Source of the DNA: the human T2T-CHM13v2.0 reference genome, Homo sapiens
Assembly (NCBI RefSeq): GCF_009914755.1
Contig: NC_060927.1
DNA length: 64,000 nt
Reading direction: 5' to 3' (one strand)
Within the stretch, counting starts at the first letter, position 1. Each line of letters begins with the position of its first letter. Positions 37,127-49,000 of this stretch are shown here, piece by piece. The translations under genes were made by a program, and so were the position numbers. The notes below the pieces were generated by a model that was given only the letters and a program-made list of their open reading frames with translations, was not told the DNA's origin and ran no database searches.

Positions 37127-37758
37127 GAGCATTCCTTGTTTCTTTATGCCTTTTAATACATTTTGGAGGGAAATTTTGGACATTATCGTTGAAAATATTT
37201 TTCTGCCACATTCTTCCTATTTCACTTTTCCTTCCGAGGCTCCGATTATGTATATGGTAAACTTTTTGATACTCAACCACAGGTCACTGAAGTTCCCATT
37301 ATGTTATTTTGCAATTAGTATCTATTTTTCAGATTAGATCATTTTTGTTAATCTGTTTCAAATTCCTTGATTTTTTCTTCTGTCATATTCACTGTGGTAT
37401 TAAACCAAACCAGTGAATTTTGTTTTGTTTGTACTTTTCAGTTCCAGAATTTAGAGTATGCTTGTTTCTTACCACTTTTATTCCCATGCTGAGATTCTCT
37501 ACTTGTTCATAATTTTGAGCACACATTTTCTTTGCCTCATTGAGCATAGTCATATGGCCATTTTCAAATTCCTGTCTTCTAAGTTTAATATCTTAGTCAT
37601 CTCAGACTTTTAGTTTATATTGATTTTCTTTTCTCTTAAGTATGAATCATACTTTCTGTTTCTTCAAATATGTAGTAATTTTTAATGTTATATTTATTGG
37701 ATACTGTGATTGATGTATTACAGACATTATGAATTGTATTATAATCATTATAATATTC

Positions 37759-38088
<330 letters not shown>

Positions 38089-38630
38089 TTAGCAGTTAAC
38101 TTGGCTGAATTCTAACTCTAAGCTGTGTCCCCACTGTGATGAGTCATAGTGACAATTTCCGTTCAGTTCTTTTAGATTTGGATAGCTTCTTGTAATGTGC
38201 CTTGTGCATTCATAGTTCAGGGATCAGGCAGAGATTTAAGCAGAGTTAATAAATCAGCTTTGGATCTTCTCAAGTGAGGCTCCCTGCTTCTCAGAATTTC
38301 TACTTTACTTTCTAGCTGTGATGATAACCCAGAACCTTGTCTCTGATTTTTCATGCCAGTAACACTTCAGCTTTCTAGTCAAGTTTGCACAAACCAATGC
38401 AGCATGCATGTTACTATGCTCTGCCTCCAGGCAAAAAAAGAAAAAAATCATAAAATGGGACACTCACCCAGTATTTTATTCTTCAAATGTTGACTCCCTC
38501 TGGCTTTTATCTGCTTTTGCCAGCTCAAGGGTGCTTTCAACTATTATTGTTTTGATAATTATTTATCAAAATAGTTGTTTTGATAACAACTATTATTGTC
38601 TGAGTTTATAAGAGTTGCATTTTCTTACTG

Positions 38631-38938
38631 ATATATATATATATTTTTTTTTTATGGAGTCTCACACTGTTGCCTGGGCTGGAGTGCAGTGGCGCGATCT
38701 CCGCTCACTGCAACCTCCGCCTCCCAGGTTCAAGCAATTCTCCTCGCCTCAGCCTCCCAAGTAGCTGGGATTACAGGCGCCCGCCACCACCCCCCTGCTA
38801 ATTTTTTTTTTTGTATTTTTAGTAGAGTTGGGGTTTTACCATGTTGGCCAGGCTGTTCTCCAACTCCTGACCTCGTGATCCACCCACCTCGGCCTCCTAA
38901 AGTGCTGGGATTACAGGCGTGAGTCACTGCGCCTGGCC
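38631..38938 (-). mobile_element. AluS (Sg/Sc-like) with (AT)n-derived tail
   Basis: Full dimer; 'gacctcgtgatcc' variant. Confidence 0.95.
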
Positions 38939-38939
38939 A

Positions 38940-41300
38940 AGAAATTTAAAAATCATTTTTATATGATTTGTGTGATGTGCACTCATTTAAATTTCTGTGT
39001 TATAACTGATATTTTTGGTTTCAGTTATTTAATACTAACTTATATTTATTTTGTATAATGTTTTATATTTGCAATGTTACTTTCTTTTCGTGGCCTTATT
39101 TTACTTTTACTCTTTTTGGAAGTAAAGAAAAGTTTTATTTTTGTTCACATATTTAGCTTGATATTTATATCTTTTGTAATGCCTATTGTTTCTTATTTAT
39201 CACTTAACTATTTGGCTTTTACCTTTAATTATTTTCATTTTATTTCTAAATATTAATATGGCATAATCAATATATTCATTCTTTTTTTATCTTCTACTTT
39301 TTAGTTGCATTATCTCTGTATTGACAGAACATACACTATTCATACAATTTTTGCTTGTCACCCTTTTGCTTTAAAAAACACATGGAGAAACATTCTACAT
39401 GTGCCATTTATATAGTGAATATACATAAAATTATAGGACAAAATTAAAATCAGATACATCAGTCATATCACACCATTGCAATGGTCATGATTAGTTCTTT
39501 TGCCAAAGTCTCCCCAGAAATGATTTGGTTAGGTTAGAACTTATATCCTAGTAGAATCCTCAAAAAGGGCTTTTGAATATAGTATCCCCTGGTTCTTGCA
39601 AGTTATATCTGATTTGTCGCTTTAATATTTTATGATAGCTTGGCTATATAAAACATCATTTAGTTTACACTTTCTCTCTTAAAATTTCTGAAAAAAATGC
39701 TATGTCCTGCTGTTTTGTTTTGTATATGTTTATTATGAAACCTGATGGCAATATTACCTTTCATCTTTTAGTATATGATTTGATCTTTCTACAGTCCTGA
39801 GATTTTGTTTACTTTTGTTTTTCTTTAATATTATTTTCTAAACATTGTATTGTTTTATGTTTTGAATTTCTTTCATTATTTTTCCCCAGAAATATTGGGC
39901 CCTTAAAATAAGTAAATATAGCCTTTTGATATAAAAAATGTTTCTGAAAAATAATTTTAAAAATAATTGTATTCTATTGTTATCTTTTTCAAAAATTAGG
40001 GACTCCAATTACATGTATTTTTTGTCTTCCTTTGCCTATCTCATTAGTCAATCAGTTTATCCTGATGCTTTTATACCTCTTTATTTAATGCCTTTATGTT
40101 ATCTTTATAATTTTTATGACTTTTCTCAATATTCTTTGTCATAAAATCAATTTCACCTATTCCCTATTGGCTACCTTGTACTCTGTCTTCATTCCTTGTT
40201 GATTTTTTTCTTTTTCTTCAGTTTCATTCCTGATGGTCAATTTCTCTTTCAAAACTTCCTGATTTTTTTAAAATCTGTTTTTGTATTTCCAGTTTGTTTT
40301 AACATATCTCCAAATGCTTGTTTAATAATATTTAACTCAGGTTAGGAATGTCATATTATAGGTTCTTTCTGCTTCATGACTGTTTGGGAAATTTTTTATA
40401 AGCTCAAAATTTTGATTCTTATATTCCGTTTCTTACTATGTTGCTTTGTAGGGACACGGATGACCACTTGTTGATTTTGTAATATTTTATCCTCTGGGAT
40501 GAGCAAGCACTGGTATGCAGACATGGCTGAAGAATTTTAGGTAGCTGACTACATTTTGTAGGCTGAGAATGTTCTTTTCTATTGCTATAGTGAAATACCG
40601 TCTTTTAGGATGGAGCAGTTCTGTTTTCTTGCTTTGAATTTAATTTTTTGCTTACTTGCTTGAGTGTACAGAGGAAAGCTAGTTTTATATACCCTTGATA
40701 TTAAAAGAGATCTTGGCTACATATACAAACCTTGATATACACTTCCTTTTGTTGAGTTTCTTAATAATAATCTTTAAAATCTGCCTATTATTTTCATTTC
40801 CTTTTTTACTGGCAAGTCTCAAAACAATGGCTACCTTTTTCAAGTTTCTTCATTTTCACCAGAAGCAGTGCCTTCCTGAGCCTCCCACCTTGAGTCCTCC
40901 CCTCAGAATTGCTTTGAATTCTGCAATATTGAGTGCTCCGATCTACTGGTAACAAACCTGTCTCAAATATGTTTATGCTAAGTATAAGACTTTCTCTTTC
41001 TGGGAGTAATTCTGTCTGTGTTTCACTACTCTTTTTCCTATGTTTCTATGTCTTATTTCTACCTCTTTTACTTCACAACCATAGACTTATCTGTGGAATT
41101 TGGGTGTTTATTTTCCTACTTAAACATAACTTAATATTTGTAGTGTCCTCTATGTCCTAAATATGCCATAGACATGAGTCATATGTGGTTTATTTGCTTC
41201 TCTTTTTAATTTATTTGGAATTTTTTGATAATGTGTATACATTTTGATTTAAGCTATTGTTATCATCCTTTGAGATCTTGGAACTCCAAAAATTTCTTTT
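38940..41300 (-). mobile_element. Highly decayed L1M 5'/ORF1-like region
   Basis: T-rich sequence with motifs such as 'atgatagcttggctatataaaac' and 'gggactccaattacatgtatt'; weak. Confidence 0.45.
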
Positions 41301-41559
41301 AAACTAGTTTTCATTAACTCTCATTAGAAACAGAAAAACCAGAGTTATAGTGATATAATAAGTCACAATGATAAGTCATAATTAAAATATGAAAATTCAT
41401 ATGGCTTGAACACAAATATTTAAAAGTGCCCCTATTACTGGACTCTATTTTCAAAAATGTTTAATATAAACCATCTCTGATAAACATACATCAGAAGGAA
41501 AATATTAGAAATTTAGAAGTTGTCTACTGAGTTCCTCTCAACAACATCAACAAAATATG

Positions 41560-43925
41560 TCTGTAGAGATTGAATAAAGCTCTAAAGTTTTCATGCCCCT
41601 CTAATACAGATATATATCTCTATAATTGTCATGGTTTCATGGTGAGTAGAGTATAATCTTTGAAATATAGAATTAATTAGTTATTAAGAAATAGCCTCTT
41701 TGCTTTAAGCTTGGCCAGTTGATTTATTTTGACAATAAGATGTTAGCATATTTGAATTAGCTAAATCTCTCTAGTCTGGACTAAAGACAACTGGAAGTGT
41801 CCAAGATGTAAAAGGTTGAAAGGTATTTACATATCTGGGTTTGCCTTCTTGAATTCTTGCCTTAGCCATAAGAAAATTATGACTAAAATAGCTGTTATTT
41901 CTATAGAGAATAAAAGTAACATTGCATAGACATGCATCTAATCTAAAACTTAAAGCCAAATTTAATCTAGATTAACTGAGTTTCAGATAACCCACAATGC
42001 ATGGATGAGAAAGTATGCTATTGTTGTAAGCAAGTGAGGTTTGGGGTGGTTAGTTATGCAATGTCATTGTCACAGTTGTCAACAAAGAAAACAAAAAACT
42101 AAAATTGATGGCAGTAATTTTGGAACTGAGAAGCAGGTGGCAAGGGAACTATAATAGGAGGTTAGAAAAATGGTGAGTAAAGTCATAAAAAGTGGGGAAA
42201 ATGTCAATCTATGCTATGCAGTGACTAAATATTTGGTAAAACTGTCATCCATGATAACAGACAGGACAGAAAATATATCTAATGAACTTGTCATATTGAT
42301 TGAGGAGATTTTGAGGTCGACTGCTGTAATCCCAGGGTGGTTTCTTCAAGCTGCATTTGATTCTATAAGACAGGAAAGTATTATAAGACAGGAAAGAACT
42401 GGCCAGGGTCAGAGTAGAATTGAGAAAAACTATGAAGAGCCCAGAAATACTAGAACGTGTAAAATTGTCAAGTTAAACTGTTTTTCACCTTATTAAATAC
42501 ACGGTTATGAGGATATAGCCTTAGGAGAAAAAAATATTCTTTGGTTCTTCCAAAAACATATGGTCCTAGAGTATGACAAAATAGGCATGTGGTTCTAATA
42601 CCATTTTTAAGACCTCTAAAAGGATTAGATGAACATCTTGTAGATCTTTTCAGCCAGAAAAAAACGAAGGGCTCCTAGGAGGTTGAAAGGTGTGGTCCCC
42701 TAGACATCTGATATCCTCAGGGAACCTATAATTTCAATTTAAGTGAGAGACATGTTTCAGAAGTAATTGTGGTTGTAGCTTTTGGAATATGACATTAAAT
42801 ACAATTAAATGTATAGAAAATTTACAATTTGTGAGAGAGTTGGATTAGCCAAATCTCTCTAGTCTGGACTAAAGGCAACTGAAAGTATTAAACATGTAGA
42901 AAGATCTTTGAGCTTACTACTCTCTTCAGGCAGAAAGCAGGTATAGACTTTTCTGCTCTGAAGTAAAGCACATTCTCCAATGTGTTTTCACAACATGAGA
43001 TTTTTAGAAAAGAAAAAGGCTTAGGTGACAGAAAGGAGCTGTGGAGAGCAATGCACCAGGGAAACATTCCCAGAAATCAGACACATAGCCTAATCAAAAA
43101 ACAAACAAACAAACAAACAACAACAAAAAACATTGCCTGTCCCCAAAATAGGGGAACTTGGCAATATTTGTCTAGCAGGAATACAAAATTTCTATAGACT
43201 ATTTACTGATGTGTGCATTCTATTATTACTCTTTCTGAATGGGAATGTTTATTATGTTCTACCCTGTTCTACCATTATACTTTGCATTCTGGTGGACTTT
43301 GAATCAGTTCATAGATATCTGGATCACAAAAAACTACATGTAGACATATTGTAGGTCCTCTGTTCCTAGACCGTGAGTCTGCTGCCATTATTGAATGAAT
43401 CTTTTAGGGGTGTTTGGGTAAGAATGAGTACATTTTTCCCATGGGTAATTTTGACCAACAAAAAAAAGTGTGAAAAATTGAATCATTACTCTTAATTATT
43501 AACTCTTCTGCAGTAATGGTGTATATCCACATTCCTGTCATGGTGGAAGCACTGTATTACCCAACTCTTGCTTTGGGTTTGATCTCATGACTGGCTTTGG
43601 CCATAAAATGTTAATGAATGTGACACCAGAAAAAATATAATTTTTTTTTTTTTGCACTTGAGCTTGCATTCTTATGCTCTTGCCTTTCACCTGTGAAGGC
43701 TATGACTGGTAGCCTTGGGTTTTAAGAAGGAATAAAGATACATGGAGATGATATAAACCCAACTTGTAGTTTGTTGTGAAATCCAATCAAGCCCAGCCAA
43801 GCACAACCAGGATCAACTGAACTTCAGATGCAGGAGTATAAAATGCTAATTTATTTGTCTATTTTTTGCAACTAAGTTTTGAGATTGTTTTTTACACAGC
43901 CTTATTATGGTAATATCTAAAGCAG
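41560..43925 (+). mobile_element. MLT1 (G/H-like) MaLR element: 5' LTR (~41560-42085), internal (~42086-43465), 3' LTR (~43468-43925)
   Basis: Both ends carry MLT1 LTR motifs ('tattgttgtaagcaagtgaggtttggggtggttagttatgca' and 'actaagttttgagattgtttttta..cagc'). The middle has MLT-int motifs ('ttggaactg...ggaggttagaaaaatggtg', 'aaatatttggtaaaactgtca'). Confidence 0.7.
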
Positions 43926-43929
43926 TCAC

Positions 43930-46050
43930 CCTTTTTTATTTAACCAAGCACTTTGATGAAGCTTTGAGAATGAAGAGAATGCTTATTGCATTGTCTAGAA
44001 GCAGAGTGTGCATAAATGAAGAAAAGGCTGAAATTCTTGGCATAAAAATTGGATATATATTTGCAAGGAAGACCAGAGAGAAAGAGATTAAGAGACTGAA
44101 GCAAACATGGAGGTAAATAAGAAATGAAATATCCTGAAATCAAATAACAACTGGATCTTCAGATTAAAAGTCTATACTGCTTTCTGGTTAAAAATCTCAA
44201 ATCATAAGTAATATTTTGATAAACTTACCAAATGAAGTATACAATTATTTCTTCTTCTGACTAAAATAACACTCAAAGTTTTGAAATATACTTTGCAAAA
44301 TATTCTAGTGGAGATTCTCCATCATAGCACCCTCAGTGCTCAGTGGAGAAAAGTCACAGAGCTAGGTCATCCAGAGCACAAAACCCCTCTGATGACACTG
44401 ACAGGGCCAATTATGAGACTTGACTGTCAGACTAATCAGAGCTTATGATATTTTTCAAAGTGGAATAGCAAAGTATATAGGGTTTCCTTTTTAGTTGCTA
44501 AGCTTTGTATCTGGAGGCTAATACTCATATTCACAGTTTTCCTAAAGCTGTTCCCCTTCAACTTCTGCAAAATAAGGGAAACATGACAAATGCAAACATT
44601 GACAAATAAAAAATATAAGGCAGTAAAAAAATATTTTTAAAAAGAAAAGGAAATTCCAAGGACTAGTTTGTAAAAAGAAAAATGAACAAAATGGATAAAC
44701 AAAAGCCACCATACCTAACAACAAATAATAAAATGAAACACTTTCAAGCATTTGTAATACTGATGGTCCATGTGTAATACACTAGGAGAAACATATTCAC
44801 AGACAAAAAAGATAAGCCTTCAAGTATATTTTGTGAAACCAATATATCAGCCATCTCCCAAATGTGAAAAAAGCAACACATTGAAAGAGAAAAACAAAAT
44901 TCAATATTGCTGAAGAATAGGTATGCAGAACTCTTTGGTTAAATAGTTTTATAAAGAACTAAGCAGTATATAAAAATATCAACTAACTTAGCCATGTGGT
45001 GTTTATAGAGCAAGAATTTTAAAAAATTTGTTTAAGTGATTCCAATATGAGTTAGACAAAATTTTTAAAAACATTATGACTATACAAGTAGTTTATGCAA
45101 GAGCATGTAACAGAATAATACCAAAATAGATAGTTCCTTGACATAATAAATGTGATTAAATTGTAGCCAGCCACCATTCTGTCCAATTGTAGAAACCTAG
45201 GATTCCCTTTGAAGTTAGGACAACCACACGAACCTACCCTCAATACTGTTACTTAACAATACTTTGAAAGTACTAGCCTTATTCTGGAGATTAAATATAA
45301 GTAAGTAGGGATATTTTTATTTATTATTTGCTATTAACATGATGTTTTGACTGAAAAAATGAAGAGAAGTCACTGAGAAAACATGTACAGGAAAAATATG
45401 ATTTCATTAAGTTGGTGTGGTCAAAAAATTAATGTACAAATTCTAATACCTTTTGTTGCAAAATGTAAAAAAAAGACTATGTAAAGCTATCATAACCAAA
45501 ATATACAACTAGGAATAATCTTACATGATATTTATAATAATAAAAAAAATTACTGAAGGACATACAGGAATATTTAAATAAATGTAAAAATACAATGTAT
45601 TTTGCGAAGAAAAAAACTGGAAAAACTCAATACTTTAAAACTAAAACTACCTATCCTTCTCGAATTTATCTAGAAATTCTATGTGGGCTCATTTGAAACA
45701 TTAATGGAAATGTTTTTTGTTATTTTCCCCCCTGAAACTTGAAAAAGATTGATACTAAATTAAATCTAAAAGATGGAGAAAGAACCATAAATTATTATAA
45801 AAGATAGAGAAATGAGAGCAGAGTATCCTTAAAATTGGTAGAATTATTACTTTGTATAAAATTATATGTGGCCTATAATATTTTATGGAATATAACATGA
45901 TATAATGAGGTATAATACAAATCTGTATATGTACGGGAATTTTATTTCAGAAGTTAATGACATCAATAGGAAGGCAAAACAAAATTTTCAAGTATTTGTA
46001 CCCTTATAGAAGAATCAATTTGAACAACTGTTCATACTCAAAAATACCCT
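43930..46050 (+). mobile_element. Ancient L1ME-like fragments (sense)
   Basis: A-rich; decayed ORF1/ORF2 motifs (ggatcttcagattaaaag; aaattactgaaggacatacaggaatatttaaataaatg). Confidence 0.5.
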
Positions 46051-46059
46051 CACAAGAGC

Positions 46060-49000
46060 TAAGAAATCCCTATGAGAGCCAGGAGCTATCAACCCAGCCT
46101 CCAGTCCAGACATCATAGCCCCCCCTGTCACAAAGTCACCACTCATGTGCCTAGCCTCAAGGTCCACTCTAGCATGATGTTGGACTCTACAGATCCAGCT
46201 TTCATGATGGTCTCTTCAGTCATAGGCTCCAGGTTGAGCCCTGACAGTCCCATGTTTCAGGCCTGCGCCCCAGCCAGACCACATTCCACAGCCTTGAAGT
46301 CCAGGCAGATAATTGTGAACACAGCCTTCAGGTCTTCACTAGCATAAGAGTGGCACCCACAAATCCCAGTTCCAGATTTCCCCGTGCAGCCCTAGATACC
46401 ACACATGCCCCAGCTTCCAGATTGCCCTCTACACCCTCACATCAGTTGAGCCATGGCTCAGGCCCACCTTAGCAGTAGGCCAGCCCCCACAGACTCAGGC
46501 TCAAGTTCTGCTTAAGCACCAGTCTGGCTTCCGTGGACCCAGGCTTTAAGTTATCTCCCACTGACACACAGGCTCCAGGTCTGCCCCAGCAGACTAAAGG
46601 CCTAGGACTATGGCAGTGAATACAGAAGCTCTAGACCCAACCTCAGTGACCCAGGAAACAGATCTGGCCCCTGTGGGCACTGCAAGCAAGCCTTTCCACC
46701 TGTTTATATAGGTACCAGGCCAGCCTTCCCAAGGATTTCAGCAACAAGCCTGCCTGCAAACCCTACCAGACAGGCCACAGACAATCACTTGATGAGCTGA
46801 CTGGTGAAGAGCTTTGCTGCAGAGACCATTCTGTAAACGCTGGAATAGTACCTGCTACTTCAAATGCACAGACACTAATAAATGGCCACAAGGATTATGA
46901 ATAATTAGGGAAGCATAATAACATCAAAAGAACAAAATAAATACCAGTAACTGATTCCAAAAATGGAGATTTATGAACTGTCTGACAAAGAACTCAAAAG
47001 AAATGTCTTGAAGCTCAGTGAGCTACAGAGACACAGACACAGAACACAGAACAGAGATGAAATAAAATCAGGAAACTAATATATGAACAAAACGAGAAGT
47101 TCAACAAAGAGATAGACCCAAAGAGACAGTAAAAAAAAGCACTGAACAAATTCTGGAACTAAAGAACACAGTCAACTGAACTGAAAATGCCTATAGAAAG
47201 CTTCAACAATGGCTTCAACCAAGCAGATAATTAATGAGCTTGAAGATTTGCCATTTAAATTATCTAGTCAGAAGAACAAAAAGTGAAAAAGAATAAAAAA
47301 GAGTAAAAAAAACCCTGCATGATTTATGGATGACCATCAAATGAAACAATCTATGAATTATGGAAATTTCAGAAGAAGCAGAGAAAAAAGATGGGTAGAA
47401 AGCTTATTTAGAGAAATAATGACAAAACTTTATAATTCTGGAGAAAGAATTAAACATCTAGATTGATGAAGTCAAAATAATCCCAGATAGGTTAAGTATA
47501 AAGAAATCTTCACTCAAATACATTTATACTCAAATTCTCAACAGTCAAAGATAGCAGCACCAGAAAATTGATTCATCACATACCACAGAAACTCTATGAG
47601 ACCTTCAGTGGATTTCTCAGGAGAAGCCTTTCAGGTCAACAGGTAGTGGAAAGATATGTTTAAAGTGCTGGAAGAAAGAAACCTGCTATACAAGAATACT
47701 ATATTCAGCAAGGCTGTCCTTTAGAAACGAAAGAGAAATAAGGACTTTCCCAGACAAACAAGACCTGTGAGAGTTTATCACAACTAGGCCTGCCTTAAAA
47801 GAAATACAATGAGTTCTTTACATTGAAATGAAAGGACACTAACAATACAAAACATACATAAAATTTAAGACTTACTATAGAGGTATACTCTAGCAAATTT
47901 GGAATTCTCTAATACTATAATGGTGGTATATAAATCACTTTTAGTATAAAAGTTAAAAGACAAAAGTATCAAAATTACTAAGTTTCAATAAGTTAATGAA
48001 TATATGGTATATAAAAGATGCACATTGTGATATTAATAACATAAAATCTGAGGAGAGGAGAAATTAAAGTGCAGAGTTTTTGTATGTGGTTTAAGTTCTT
48101 ATCAACTTAAAATAGACTGTTACTACTGTAAGATATTTTACTTAAGCTTCATGGTAACCACAAAGATAAAAACCACACAAAAAAGATAAAGGAATGAAGG
48201 CATAACTCTGTAAAAATTAATCAATCACAAAGGAAGAAAGCAAGAGAGGAAGAATGGAACAAAATAACTACACAATAGTCAAAACAATTAACAAAATGGC
48301 AGCAGTAAGTCCTTTCCTATTAATAATTACTTTAAATGTAAATGAACTAAATTCTCCACTTGAAAGACATTGTGGCTGAAGGGATAAAAACAAGATGCAA
48401 CCATATACTTCCTATAAGAGACTCACTTTAGCTTTAAGGACACACGTAGGCAAAAAGTGAAGGGATGGAAAAAATATTTCATGCAAATGTTAACCAAGAG
48501 ACAGCAGGGATGGTTATACTTATTTAAGACAAAACAGACTTTAAGTCAGGAACTGTTACAAGACATGAAGATGTAATTATATAATGATAAGGATGTCAAT
48601 CCATCAAGAGGATATAACAATTGTAAATATACATACACAACACAAGAGAACCTTAATACATAGAAAATATTAACGGAAATTAAGAGAGAATTAGACAGTA
48701 ATACAATAATAGTAGGGGATTTCACTATTCATTTCAACAATGGGTAGGTGATGCAACAGAAATTCAGTAAGGAAACAGGAGAGTTGAACAACACTGTCAA
48801 CCAATTAAGTCTAACAGACATATAGAGCACACCAAACATTCCAACCAATGACAGCAAAATACATATTCTTTTCAAGTGCATATGCAACATTCTCCAGGGC
48901 AGATCTTATGTTAGAACACAAAACAAGTTTTAACAAATTAAAGATTGAAATTACATCAGGTATCTTTTCAGGCCACAATGATATGAAACTAGAAATTACT

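Noticed and set aside
46070-46790. GC-richer region with recurring ccaggc/cagccc motifs, resembling a repeat array or second promoter
   Set aside because: CpG-poor and directly upstream of L1 ORF1; best explained as the degenerate tandem-repeat 5' UTR of the old L1.
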